In this document: positions 35,266-49,481 of the stretch, one piece after another | Position numbering within the stretch: the stretch's first letter is position 1 | How the letters are laid out: each line of letters begins with the position of its first letter | Assembly (NCBI RefSeq): GCF_000143415.4 | Contig: NW_003314310.1 | Location: 924,611-988,610 of the forward strand | Direction: 5' to 3' | Origin: Selaginella moellendorffii | Taxonomy: Eukaryota; Plantae; Lycopodiophyta | Length of the DNA stretch: 64,000 nucleotides | Position numbers and translations under genes: made by a program | The notes under the pieces: model-generated | The model's database searches: none | What the model was told of the DNA's origin: nothing | The model's input: only the letters and a program-made list of their open reading frames with translations

Positions 35266-36121
35266 AGCACATTCTGCCATCAATGAAATACCCATTTTTG
35301 TTATACTTAAATTTTATGATCCTCCTCACCCTTCGTGGGGTATAACACACCTCAGTCCAAATGCTTTCACTAGTCCTTTAGGACCATTTCTTGACTCCAC
35401 TTGCTTTTTGGACTTCACTAATTCGACGAGCATAAAGTTCTACTTTTGAGGTGCTAGCTCACTGGAATACAACTTCTTGTATTCATATCCTACTCACAAG
35501 GACCATCTTTGTAAATGTTACTCTGACACTTGATTTTGTTCTCTGGGGGTAACCTTTGCCCCTTATGACTACTTGTCTATGTGATGAGAATACCAACTTA
35601 TTCTCTAAGTGCACCCCCAACTCCTTGGGTTGTTTCAGCATTTATTAAAGGTAGCTTTGGCTACTATTTCAAGGACTTGTGTTTTTTTCTATATTTAACC
35701 TCCCACAGTCATTAATTCTGGTCTCAAATTCATGAGCACCAATCTCAACTATATGAAAATAATCTTGTGACTCCTTTATTATTTTGGAGTCTTTATCTTT
35801 CCTGTGATCCCAACTATAGTTGTTTACCACAACTACCTTAGCTAGTTTGCTGAGTCAAATGCTCATTTGGATTACATCCTCAACTCTCTGAGGAAACCCT
35901 TATATTATTCCTAAGATCCTAAAATCATTATCTTATTAGCCTTTTTCTATCCACCACATTGCCTACAAGTTCACACATGAACTATAGTGGGGAGCCATGT
36001 CCTCTTGACATGCTGTTCCTCAAGGATAAGCCAAATCCTAGGACCTTCCAATGACAATACAAGTGGTGATATACTTGGCCACCAATAAAAGTCGGACTAA
36101 GGAATAGTTTCGATACCAAGT

Positions 36122-37732
36122 TGTAAACGATTAATTTTTCCATTTTACTTTAGTCACTTAACCACATCTCCAATCACTTAGAGGAGTCTCATTCACAACC
36201 TCCATAAGTCCAATTCAAGACTGGGGGCTTGCCAACCCTGAGAATGGCATCCATACCACTCAACTTTTGCACTTGGTCCAAGTGCTCCATGTGTCTAATC
36301 CCTTGACCAACACCCCAAGGTACTACTAACATATCAACCCTTTATGTTAATGCCATGCCCATTCATCTTAGTCACACCGGTGGTCTAACACCACCTACAT
36401 CGTAGTCCTGTCTCTCAAAGGCTGAGCCATCCGTCCATGAGTGATCATCCCAGATCCAATTCTTAGCACCCTTAGGATGGCCGCAAACATGGGGAATAAC
36501 CTTCCCCAATATCTCTTTTCCGGTCCCCACCAAGTCCCTTTTTGTCCATGGCTGTGTTCGCCGACACTGCCACTGGATCAAGGCTCGCAAGCCCGACCAC
36601 TAAGTCCCACTGTCCTTTGAGACTTCTTTATTGTGTGACTGTATCCTTGGTCACCACACCAGAGGACTACTCCTCTTCCTTTCTACAGTCTAGGACTTTG
36701 GAACAATATTTTGGAACACTGGGGCTCTATGTGGGCCTCATGGGTACTCTCCCTGCTTTCTGCCTTTGGGTGCTCTAGCCATGGGCTTAGAGTGAGGTTC
36801 TGTTGAGCCACACCAGGTATTCAAGTAGGTAGTGCCACCCATGCTTGGACTGGGAGCATCGACCATTTGATCTCTTGAGGGAATTAAAGCTGGTTCTTGA
36901 ACACTTCACCAAGCTACCCCGTTTGTCGGTCCATATTCACTCTAGTCTTGGACTTCCCAGTGGTCAACTCATCACCCAACACTTGGGTACAGTGTTCCTA
37001 GGCTAAACTGGCCTTTTCTGGCCAAACTAGCTCCACTAGGCTCCAACCCCCACACTCTCCCTACTCTACTTTTGGAACCCCTTGTAGCCATCCCCCCCCC
37101 CAGGGGACGATTGCTTTGGGCTTTCACCCAACTGCCTGTATTAGTATTTAGACTCAGACTTGGACTCAAACTCGGTCTTGGTCTTGGTCTCGATCTTGGT
37201 CTCGGTCTCGGTCCCATCTCGGACTCCATCTTGGGTCCATCTTGGACTCCATCTCAGACTCCATCTCGGGTCCATCTTAGATTCCATCTCGGGTCCATCT
37301 CGGACTCCTTCTTGGGTCCATCTCGGACTCCATCTCGGACTCCACCTCGGGTCCATCTTGGACTCCATCTCAGACTCCATCTCAGTCTCCAATTTGGGTC
37401 CATCTTAGACTTCATCTCGGGTCTATTTTAAGTCCATCTCGGATCCATCTCGAACTCCATCTTAGACTCCATCTTGGGTCCATCTCGGGTCCATCTCGGA
37501 CACTTCCATGTGTCATGTGTTTGTCCTCTTGTGTCCCTTTTCTAGAGGTTCATTTATTGCTCGCTTTGTGCTTGTTTCTCGAGCACTTTGTTGGGAGTTC
37601 CACTCCCACTCTCGACCTTTCAAGTGGGAGCTTTTAGTCCAAACATGTTATGGTTGTTTGGCTTTCGCTTTAGCCACCACCATGTGGTGCCCTTTTGGCT
37701 CTACTTTGGGGCTTAGGGATTTGTGTCTCACA
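36122..37732 (-). repeat. 5' LTR of a minus-strand copy of the same family
   Basis: Same termini in reverse; PBS-like TGGTATCG on the minus strand at about 36111-36118; internal sequence continues to 35266. Confidence 0.75.
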
Positions 37733-40700
37733 CTTAGGTCCATCTCAGACTCCATTTGAGGTCCATCTTAGGTCCATCTTGGACTCCATCCTAGACTCCA
37801 TCTCGGGTCCATCTTAGACTCCATCTTGGGTCCATCTTGAGTCCATCTCAGACTCCATCTCGGACTCCACCTCAGACTCCATCTCGGACTCCATCTCGGA
37901 CTCCATCTCGGGTCCATCTTGGGTTCATCTCGGACTCTATCTTGGACTCCACCTCAGACTCCATCTTGGACTCCATCTCGAACTCCATCTCGGGTCCATC
38001 TCGAGTGCATCTCAGACTCCATCTCAGGTCCATCTCAGACTCCATCTCAGGTCCATCTCAGACTCCATCTTAGGTCCATCTCAGACTCCATCTTAGGTCC
38101 ATCTTAGACTCTATCTCGGATCCATCTCGGACTCCACCTCAAACTCGGTCTTGGTCTTGGTCTTGGTCTTGATCTCAGTCTTAGTCTCAGTCCCGGTCCC
38201 ATCTCGGACTCCATCTCAGACCCCATCTTGGATTCCATCTAGGGTTCATCTCGGACTCCATCTCGGGTCCATCTCGAACTCCATCTCAATTCTATCTTGG
38301 GTCCATCTCAGATTCCATCTCGGATTCTATCTTGGACTCCATCTTGGGTCCTTTTGTGTCCCTTTTTTAGAGACTCATTTATTGCTTGCTTCATGCTTAT
38401 TCTTTGAGCTCTTAATTGGGTGTTCCACTCTCGCTCTTGACTTTTCGAGTCGAAACTTTTAGTCCATATGTGTTACACTCATTTGGCTTCTACCTCAGTC
38501 ACTAGCACATGGCACCCTTTGGGCTCTTTTTTGGGGCCTAGGGGTTTTATGTCTTACAACTTTACCACCCATAGACAAAATTCGATATCCTCATCGAACG
38601 GTAAACCTTTTTATAAAGTAACACTAATATGTATTACCCTTTCCATCCTTGGCACCCAGCCAATATTTGTCAATGGTTTGACACTGAAGGCTCACCATGC
38701 CTTATCCATCCTCTAAGGAGTATAGTCTCTCCAACACAAAGACTTATTTGACCATCTAGTGTGGTTCTCTCCCTTTTATTTATTTAGTTCTTGCTAAACC
38801 CATTAAAGACACCTTCTCTATCTCAATCCCACTACACATTCTCGAGTGGTCTCAACCTCTATCGATATAACTATTCTTTTTTGGAACTTTTAATTTTGAC
38901 TAAGTTAATTTCCTAGGTGTCTTTAGCACCTTTCATTGCACATATTGTGCAAACTCTCTTTCCCCATTCTAGGAAGTGTTTTACTTAAGGGCACTATTAT
39001 TCTCTTTTCTATTTCGTGCCACCTTTGGCACTAAGTTTCAATTATTATAAGTTGTGCTAAAGTTGTCTATGGCCCTATCATTTGGCTACCTTGCCACTCC
39101 CTCCCTTAGATCTTTCACCTTTGCCAAATTAGAGCATTTGGGAATCCATCCTTGGAAACACATTTTCTTTCCCACAATCTGTTAGCATTTAAAACATTAG
39201 TGTTCCTTGCCTAACTTTGCCATTTCGATTCCTTTCAATGAATTCTATGGCCCACACTTGGCCACTAGTATCTTGCTCCTATCTGTTAATTGTTGCACCA
39301 AACAACATAGGATCATTACCTCCATTTTCAAGATATCCTTTTAATTCCATGGAAAATACTCTATTTTGCCAAGTCCAAAGGGTGCTCACCCCTAGTAGGT
39401 CTCTTTAACATTTTCTACTACAGGCTACATCAATGGCTCAACTTTGCGACCCTCCCATGGGTCTTTCCTAGAGACTATTTTTCTTGGACTCACTATACTA
39501 TCAACTAATTTCCTTTTAGGTATCCTTCCTACTTGGTCACCTTGACCAAACCACACCATTATTAATAGTTTAAATCAAGACTTTGAACTAGGAACTTTAT
39601 TTCTTAACCTCACAAGGACTTTGTCCTTGTTTAACTGTAAGATCACCTAATGATCTAACCTTGGTCACCTTAACAGGTTTGTTAATAGGTATTAAGTCTT
39701 CCAAACCTTTAACTTCTTGACCATGACTCTGGGGTCATCCCCCACACTTGGTAGTGCACCCAAACTAGCCCTTCCAGCCAAGGGTCCATAGCAATTGAGT
39801 GGGTGTCTCCATTTCATTCACCACATCCTTGGTGCAATTTACACTAAAGTGTTTAAGTTAGATATACTAAGCCACACTAAGCAATTTAACAGCGCATCAC
39901 AACTCCAGGGCATCCCTTGCTTGGCGGTGTGACCAAACTAGTCACCTTACTAAGAGTCTATGACCACCGAAAAAAGAGGTCCTCATATTCCAAACCATCA
40001 CTATGCCCTAGTGAGTTGGGACTCGAACCCATACACTAAATGGTTGGGACTCGAACTCAACCTTCATATATGCATCTATAGATGGCATCACCTAGGATGC
40101 CTGGCATGACTCCCCATGCTAGTGCACCAAGTTATGCTTAAAGCGCGTTACAGATCATAACTTAGGAACTTAGTTCCCCCACACTACCAAGTCCTCTCAC
40201 TTGACATGTCTGTGATCCTATATGGACTCCTCCATGCTTGGCCCCATAAGCCACCCCTTTTGAAGTTAGCACCTTCAATTAGCGTATTTGTTCCCCCGAC
40301 TTGCCAATCTCATCTAACAAATCATCCGACCACTGTAATATGGTTCATGCTTAAGCGTTAAAGTCCTTAACTATTGACTTTCGTTCAAAGCCCTCCCTTT
40401 GAACACTCAAGAACTACTTCTCTAATCTTGATAGCTTTGCCTCATAGCAAGTTTTAAGATCACGTTTTTGCTGTGCCACTCTGATTTCACAGGCTTTATG
40501 AACCATTTACACTTGGCTTTCTAGGTACTAAGCGACTTAGAATTGTTCCTTATTTTGCTAAGGCCTCTCCTTTCGCAAGCTTCTTAATTGCCATATGGTT
40601 TGATATGGACAATTCTATGCTTTATACTCTCTATGGCATCACAGTTGTTAATAATAACATGCTCAAGCACCCATTTGATTCTCCACTCCCAACTTGCATA

Positions 40701-42802
40701 ACCATTATTAGTTATGCCCTTCGATTCCTATAATTCGGTTTTATCCCTTTACTATTTGCTTTTGGCCTCACACATTTCCTTCGATTATTCTCTTCCAAAC
40801 TAGGAGGATAGTTTTGCACTTTCTACCAATCTTTAGCAAATATTCATAGGGATGAACCTACTTGATAGCCTAAGGAGTGGTTCTTCAATCCGGGTATGCT
40901 CACCTTATAATCCCACATAGCGAGATTATCATTACTACTTATGGGCCTTTATATGCTGATCACTAGCTTTGCCAAAATCTTTTTTTGGCTTTGTCCAATT
41001 CAGATAGACGGATTTTTCTCGTCTTCACAACCTTGGATGTTTGGATAGCACCTCTTATCCATCATTCACTAGGGACTTAGTCTCTTGGGCCTTATCTAAT
41101 GCCTTCATGATACCAAACACCTTTTCTTGGTGTTTTAGAGTGTTTGGGTGTCCCAATAATGGCCTTTTTTGATAATGAACATTCCCTTCATGACATTGAC
41201 TTACTATATTGTAACATAAGCAATTTATCCCCTATAAGGGTATTTCTAACTCCTTTATCCCAATAAAAAGTCTTAGGTAGTTACTTTCTACCAATTCAAT
41301 CAATTATTTTGCATATTTTACTTAGTTGCCTCATAATTGTCAAGTTCTACAATTGATTGTTAGTGTTTCCACACCTCTATCATTATTTGGGTCACCACAC
41401 TCCAACCGCATGTCTTTCAGGTTAGATTATGCCATTCTCATTTCCATTAGGATTCCTTTGGGAAAGGGTTCTCATAAACCTGCCAATTTGACCTCAAGGC
41501 ATCATGCCTTGGCACATTTAGTGTTTCCACACCATTGGCTCCACGAGCTTATTTTTATGACACTTTTTACTTGTGTCTAGATCTTTGCCAACACTAATAT
41601 AGTTGTTTCTTATGCCAATTATCCATTAGCACTGCACTATATCGTTTACCCACAACTTTGTGTCAAAGTTGCTTTCTTTTAGGAACCTCTTTCCCACGAC
41701 TTTAGTATAACACATTCTGCCATCAATGAGATACCCATTGTTGTTATACTTGAATTTTATGATTCTCTTCATCCTTTGTGAGGTACAACACACCTTAGTC
41801 CAAATGCTTTCACCAGTATAGTATTCATAGGGATGAACCTACCTGATATCCTAGGGAGTGGTTCCTCAATCCAGGTATATTCATCTTGTAATCCTATACA
41901 CCGGGATTAACATTGCTACTTATGAGCCTTTATATACCCATTATTAACCTTTGCTAAAATCCTTTTTTGCCTTTGTGTAATTCGGGTAGATAGACTTCTT
42001 TCGTTTCCACAACCTTGGACTTTTGGATAACACCTTATATCCATCGTTCGCTAGGGATTTAATCCCTTGAGCCTTATCTAATGCCTTCACGACACCAAAC
42101 ACCACTTCCTGGTGTGTTTAAAGTGTTCGGGTGTCCCAATGATGACTTTTTATAACAATGAGCATTCCCTTTATGACATTAATTTATTATATCGCAACGT
42201 AAGCAATTTATGCCTCTATAAGGGTATATCAAACTTCCTTATCCCAATAAGAAGTATTGGGTAGTTACCTTCTATCAGTTTAATAAATTATTTTGCACTT
42301 TTTGCTTATTTGCCTCATAGTTATCAAGTCCTATAATTCATTGCTGGTGCTTCCACACCTCCATCATTATTTGGGTCACCACACTGCAACTGCATGCCTT
42401 CCAGCTTAGGCTATGCCATTCCCATTTCCATTAAGATTCCTTTAGGAAAGGGTTTCTATGAACCCGCCAACTTGACCTCAAAGCATCGCACTTTGGCACA
42501 TTTGGTGTTTCCACACTATCAGCTCCATGAGTTTACCTTTATAACACTTCTTACTTGTGTCTAGGTCTTTTCCAAGACCAATACAATCGTTTCTTATACG
42601 AACTATCCATTAATACTGCACCATATAATTTACCCACAACTTTGTATCAAAGTTGTTTTCTTCTGGGAACCTTTTTCCCATGATTTTAGTATAGCACATT
42701 CTGCCATTAATGAAATACCTATTGTTGTTATACTTGGATTTTATGATCCTCCTCACCCTTCATGAGGTACAACATACCTCAATCCAAATGCTTTCACTAG
42801 TC
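37733..42802 (-). mobile_element. Partial 3' LTR (37733-38558) plus internal region of another minus-strand copy
   Basis: Minisatellite, LTR end GTCTTACA at 38558, PPT-like sequence at about 38560-38572. The internal region matches the host of copies 1 and 2 and includes a ~1 kb tandem duplication (about 40843-41815 and 41824-42802). Confidence 0.7.
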
Positions 42803-42849
42803 CTTTACATGTTTGCGGCCATCCTAAGGGTGCTAAGGAGTGGATCTAA

Positions 42850-44615
42850 TACAGCTAGTTGGGTGAAAGCCCAAAGCAATCGTCCCCTTGGGGGCGAGGG
42901 GTTGCAGGTGGTTCCAAAAGTATAGTAGGGAAAGTATGGGGGTTGGAGCCTAGTAGAGCCAGTTTGGCCAGAAAAGGCCAATTTAGCCCACGAAGGCTGT
43001 ATCCAGATGTTAGGTGATGAGCTGAACACTGAGAAGTCCAAGACTAGAGTGAATACGAACCGAAAAACGAGGTAGCTTGGTAAAGTGTTCAAGAATCGGC
43101 TTTAGTTCCCCTAAGAGATCAAATGGTCGATACTCCCAATCCGAGCATGGGTGGCACTACCTACTTGAATACCTGGTGTGGCTCAACGGAACCTCACTCT
43201 AAGCCCATGGCTAGGGCACCCAAAGGCAGAAAGCGGGGAGAGTACCCATGACACCTGCATAGGGCCCTGATGTTCCAAAATGTTGTTCCAAAGTCCCGGA
43301 CTGTGGAAAGGAAAAAGACTAGTCCTTTGGTGTGGTGACCAAGGATATAGTCACACAGTAAGGAAAACTCAAAGGACAGTGGGACTTAATGGTTGGGCTT
43401 ACAAGCCTTGATCCAGTGGCAGTGTCAGCGAACACAGCCATGGACAAAAAGGGACTTGGTGGGAACCGAAAAAGAGATATTGGGGAAGGTTATTCCCCAT
43501 GTTTGCGGCCATCCTAAGGGTGCTAAGGAGTGGATCTAGGATGATCACTCATGGCGGATGGCTCAGTCTTTGAGAGACAAGACTACGATATAGGTGGTGT
43601 TAAACCACCAGTGTGACTAAGGTGAATAGGCATGGCATTAGCATAAAGGGTTGATATGTTAGTAGTACCTTGGGGTGTCAGTCAAAGGATCGGACACATG
43701 GAGCACTTGGACCAAGTGCAAAAGTTGAGTGGCATGGATGCCAATCTCAGGGTTGGCAAGCCCCTAGTCTTGAATTGGACTTATGGAGGTTGTGAATGAA
43801 ACTCCTCCAAATGGTTGGAGATGTGGTGAAGTGACTAAAGTAAAATGGAAAAATTAGTCATTTACAACTTGGTATCGGAGTTATTCCTTAGTCTGACTCT
43901 TATTGATGGCTAAGTATATCACCACTTGTATTGTCATTGGAAGGTCTTAGGATTGGACCTATCCTTGAGGAATAGCATGTCAAGAGGATATGGCTCCCCA
44001 CTACAGTTCGTGTGTGAACTTGTAAGCAATGTGGTGGATAGAAAAAGGCCAATAAGAGAACGACTTTAAGATCTTGGGAACAATATAAGGGTTTCCTTAG
44101 AGAGTTGAGGATGTGATCTAGATGAGCATTTGACTCAGCAAACTGGCTAAGGTAGTTGTGGTAAACAATTATAGTTGGGATAACAGGAAATATAGAGACT
44201 CCAAAATAATAAAGGAGTCACAAGATTATTTTCATATAGTTGAGATTGGTGCTCATGAATTTGAGACCAGAATTAATGACCGTGGGAGGTCAAATACAGA
44301 AAAAAAACACAAGTCCTTGAAATAGTAGCCAAGGCTACCTTTAATAAATGCTGAAACAACCCAAGGAGTTGGGGGTGCACTTAAAGAATAAGTTGGTATT
44401 CTAATCACATGGACAAGCAGTCATAAGGGGCAAAAGTTGCCCCCAGAGAACAAAATCAAGTGTCAGAGTAACACTTGCAAAGATGGTCTTTGTGAGTAGG
44501 ACATGAATACAAAATGTTGTATTCCAGTGAGTTAGCACCTCAAAAGTAGGATCTCATGGTCGTCGGATTAGTGAAGTCCAAAAAGCTAGATAACTCGAGT
44601 GGAGTCAAGGAATGG
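42850..44615 (+). mobile_element. Partial 5' LTR ending at 43866, tRNA-Met PBS and start of the internal region
   Basis: ...AATTAGTCATTTACA ACT TGGTATCGGAG (PBS about 43870-43880). Confidence 0.7.
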
Positions 44616-47600
44616 TTTGGGAATAGCCTTCCCCAATATCTCTTTTTCGGTCCCTATCAAGTCCCTTTTTGTCCATGGTTGTGTTCGCCAACATTGCCAC
44701 TGGATCAAGGCTCGCAGGCCCACCCACTAAGTCCCATTGTCCTCTAAGACTTCCTTACTATGTGATTGTATCCTTGGGCACCACACCAGAGGACTACTCT
44801 TCTTCCTTTCCACAGTCTGGGACTTTGGAACAACATTTCGGAACACTAGAGCCTTACGCAAGCCTCATAGGTACTCTCCCCACCTTCCACCTTTGGGTGC
44901 TCTAGCTATGGGCTTAGAGTGAGGTTCCATTGAGCCACACCAGGTATCCAAGTAGGTAGTGCCACCCACGCTTGGACTAGGAGCATCGACCATTTGATCT
45001 CCTAGGAGAACTAAAGCCGGTTCTTGAACACTTCACCAAGCTACCCCGCTTTTCGGTCTGTATTCACTCTAGTCTTGGACTTCCTAGTGGTCAACTCATC
45101 ACCCAGCACCTAGGTAGAGCCTTCCTAGGCCAAACTAGCATTTCCTGGTCAAACTGGCTCCACTAGGCTCCAACCCCCACACTCTCCCTACTATACTTTT
45201 AGTGTTTTGGGCTTTCACCCAACTACCTGTATTAGTATTCAGACTCGGACTCAAACTCAAACTCGGTCTTGGTCTCAGTCTCAGTCTCGATCTCGGTCCC
45301 AGTTCCATCTCGGACTCCATCTCAGGTCCATCTCAAACTCCATCTCGAACTCCATCTCATGTTGTTTTTCATGCCAACTATCTGTTAGCATTGCACCATA
45401 GTATTTACATATAGCTTTGTGTCAAAGTTGTTTTTTATTTTGGAACACCTTTCCCATGACTTTAGTATGGTATATTTTGCTATCAATGAGATATCCACTG
45501 TTCTGATACTTGAATCTTATGATCCTCTGCATCCTTTGTGGGGCACAACACACCTTAGTCCAAATGTTTCTACCAATCCCTTAAAACCATTTCTTGATTT
45601 TACTTGAGTTATCTAACATCTTTAGACTTTGCTAATCTAATGACACGTAAGGTTTTACTTTTAAGGTGCCAACTCGCTAGAATACAACTTCTTGTATTCA
45701 TGTTCTACTCATAAGGGCCATTTTTGTGAGTGTTACTCCAACACTTGATTATTTTCCGTTCCCTATGGGCTAACTTTAGACTATCCATCCCTATGATAAA
45801 AATATTGCCTCATCCTCTAAGTGCACCCTCAACTCCTTGGGTTTGTTTTAGCATTTATAAATGGTAGCTCTAGCTACCATTTCAAGGACTTGTGTCTTCA
45901 TCCATATTTGACCTTTTACGATCATTAATTCCGGTCTTAAATTCATGAGCACCAACCTACAATATATGAGGATAATCTTGTGACTTCTTTATTGTTTTGG
46001 AGTCTTTATTTTTCCCGTGATCCCAACTATAGTTGTTTACCACAACTACATTAGCCATTTTTCTTAGTCAAACGCTCATTTAGATCACATCCTCAACTCT
46101 CTGAGAAAAACTTTATACTATTCCTAAGATCCCAAAGTTGCCCTTTTTTATGCACCATCTCACCTACAAGTTCACACATATACTGTAGTGGAGAGCCATG
46201 TCTTCCCAACTTGCTACTCCTCAAGAATAGACCCACTTCTAGGACTTTCTAATGCCAACACTAGTGGTGGTATACTTTAGCACTAATAAAAGTTGGACTA
46301 AGGAATAGCTCCAATACTAAATTGTAAGCGATTAAATTTTCCATTCAACTTTAATCACTTAACCACACCTCTAACCACTTGGAGGAGTCTCACTCATAAC
46401 TTCCATAAGTCCTATTTTAGACTTGGGGTTTGCTATCCCCGAGAATGGCATCCATGCCATTCAACCTTTGCATTTGGTCCAAGTGCTCCACGTGTTCAAT
46501 CCCATGGTCAACACCCCAAGGTACCACCAACATATCAACCTGTTATACTAAGGGTATGCCCATTCACCTTGGTCACACTGGTGGTCCAACACCACCTGCA
46601 TCATAGTCCCATCTCTCAAAGATTAAGCCATCCATCCATGAGTCTTAACATCCTTAGGATGCCCGCAAATATGGGGAACAACCTTCCCCAATATCCCTAT
46701 TACAATCCCCACCAAGTCCCTTTTCTGTTTATGGCTGTGTTTGCCAACACTACTATTGGGATAAGGCCCACAGGCCCGACCACTAAGTCCCACTATCCTC
46801 TAGGACTTCTTGTGAGACACAAATCCCAAAGCCCCAAAAGTGAAGCCGAAAAAGTGCCACATGGCAGTGACCGAAGCGAAAGCCAAACTGGAGTAACACA
46901 TTTGGACTAAAATCTCCGACTTGAAAAGTTGAAAGCGGGAGTGGAACTCCCAACGAAGTGCTCGAGGAACAAGCACAAAGAGAGAAATAAGTCAGTCTTT
47001 AGAAAAGGGACACAAGAGGACCAACACATGACACATGGAAGTGTCTGAGATGGAGTCCGAGAAGGCGTCCAAGATGGACTCGAGATGGAGTCCGAGATGG
47101 ACCCAAGATGGAATCCGAGATGGACCCAAGATGGAGTCCGAGATGGACCCGAGATGGAGTCCGAGATGGAGTCTGAGATGGAGTCTGAGATGTACCCAAG
47201 ATGGAGTCCGAGATGGAGTTTGAGATGGACCCAAGATGGAGTCCAAGATGGACCCGAGATGGAGTCTGAGATGGACCCGAGATGGAGTCTGAGATGGACC
47301 CGAGATGGAGTCCGAGATGAAGACCAAGATGGACTCAAGATGGAACCGAGACCGAGACCGAGACTAAGACCGAGTCCAAGTCCAAAACCGATACCGAGAC
47401 CGAGTCCAAATCTAAGTCCAAGTCCGAATAGGAATATAGGCTGTTGGGTGAAAGCCCAAAGCGATCGTCCCCCAGAGGGGGGGGCTGCAAGGGGTTCCAA
47501 AAGTATAGTAGGGAGAGTGTGGGGGTTGGAGCCTAGTGCAGCCAGTTTGGCCAGGAAATGCTAGTTTGGCCCAGGAAGGTTGTACCCAGGTGCTGGGTGA

Positions 47601-49481
47601 TGAGCTGACCACTGGGAAGTCCAAGACTAGAGTGAATACGGATTGACAAGTGGGGTAGTTTGGTGAAGTGTTCAAGAGCTGGCTCTAATTCCCCCGAGAG
47701 ATCAAATGGTCGATGCTTCCAGTCCAAGCGTGAGTGGCACTACTTACTTGGATACCTGGCATGGCTCAACAAAACCTTGCTCTAAGCCCATGGTTAGAGC
47801 ACCCAAGGGCAAAAGGTAGGGAGAGTACCCACAAGGCTCGCATAGGGCCATGGTGTTCTAAAATATTGTCCCAAAGTCCTAGACTGTGGAAAGGAAGAGG
47901 AGCAGGCCTCTGATGTAGTGACCAAGGATACAATCATATGGTGAGTACGTCCCAGAGGATAGTGGGACTTAGTAATTAGGCTTATGGGTCTTGTTCCAAT
48001 GGCAGTGTTGGTGAATACGGCCATGGACAGAAAAGGGACTTGGTGGGGATTGTAAAAGGGATATTGGGGAAAGTTGTTCCCCATGTCTCTACGGGCATCT
48101 TAAGGATGTTAAAAAGTGGATTTAGGGTGATCACTCATGGATAGATGACCCAGTCTTTAAGAGACAGGACTGTGATGTAGGAGGTGTTGGACCACCGGTG
48201 TGACCAAAGTGAATGGGCTTAGCTTTAGCGTAATGGGCTGATATGTTGGTACTTTGAGGTGTTGGTTAGGGGATCGGACACGTGGAGCACTTGGACCAAG
48301 TGCAAAGGTTGAGTGGTATGGATGCCATTCTCAGAGATAGCAAGTCCCAAGTCTTGAATTGGACTTATAAAGGTTGTGAATGAAACTCCTCCAAGTGGTC
48401 GAAAGTGTGGTTAAGTGACTAAAGTAGAATGGAAAAATTAGTCACTTACACTTCGTCACCCCATGACCGTATCCTTGGTCACTACACTAGAGGACTGCTC
48501 CTCTTCCTTTCACCATCTAGGACTTTTGGGACAACATTTCAATACACCGCGGCCTTATGCAAGCATTGTGGGTACTCCCCCCGCCTTTCGCCTTTGGGTG
48601 CTTTAGCCATAGGCTTAGAGTGAGGTTCTGTTGAGCTACGCCAGGTATCCCAGTAGGTAGTGACACCCATGCTCAGACTAAGAGCATCGACCATTTGATC
48701 TCCCGAGGGAACTAAAGTTAGCTCTTGAACACTTCACCAAGCTACCCCACTTGTCAGTTTATATTCATTTTAGCCTTGGACTTCCCAATGGTTATCTCAT
48801 CACCCAACATCTGGGTATGGCCTTCTTGGGCCAAATTAGCCCTTTCTGGCTAAATTAGCTCCACTTAGGTCCAATCCCCACACTCTCCCTACTATACTTT
48901 TGGAACCCCCTATAGACCCCCCCTTTGGGGGACGATCGCTTTGGGCTTTTACACAAGAGCCTGTATTAGTATTCAGACTCGGACTCCATCTTGGGTCTAT
49001 CTTGGACTCCATCTCAAGTTCATCTCGGACTCCATCTCAGGTTCATCTCGGACTCCATCTCAGGTCCATCTCGAACTCCATCTCGGGTCCATCTCAGACT
49101 CCATCTCGGATCAATCTCGGGTCCATCTTGGACTCTATCTCGGGCTCCATTTCGGACTCCATCTAGGGTCCATTTTGGACTCCATCTTAGGTCCATCTCA
49201 GACTCCATCTTAGGTCCATCTCAGACTCCATCTCAGGTCCGTCTCGGGTCCATTTTAAACTCCATCTCAATTGCTTTTGTGTCCCTTTTTTAGAGACTCA
49301 CTTATTTCTCACTTCGTGCTTGTTCCTTGAGCGCTTTGTTAGGTGTTGCATTCCCGCTCTTGACTTTTCGAGTCGGAGCTTTTAGTTCATATGTGTTGCA
49401 CTCATTTGGCTTCTGCCTCAACCACTACCACATGGCACCTTTTCAACTCTTCTTTGGAGCCTAGAGGTTTTACGTCTCACA
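44616..49481 (-). mobile_element. Rearranged minus-strand fragments of the same family, including LTR 46323-49481 split by a solo LTR
   Basis: LTR fragment about 44616-45360, internal about 45360-46322, LTR ends TGTAAGCG (46323) and GTCTCACA (49481). Confidence 0.65.
46811..48450 (+). mobile_element. Solo LTR (1,640 bp) inserted in an opposite-strand LTR of its own family
   Basis: TGTGAGACAC...GTCACTTACA; flanks CTTCT (46806-46810) and CTTCG (48451-48455) form a 5-bp TSD with one mismatch. Confidence 0.78.
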
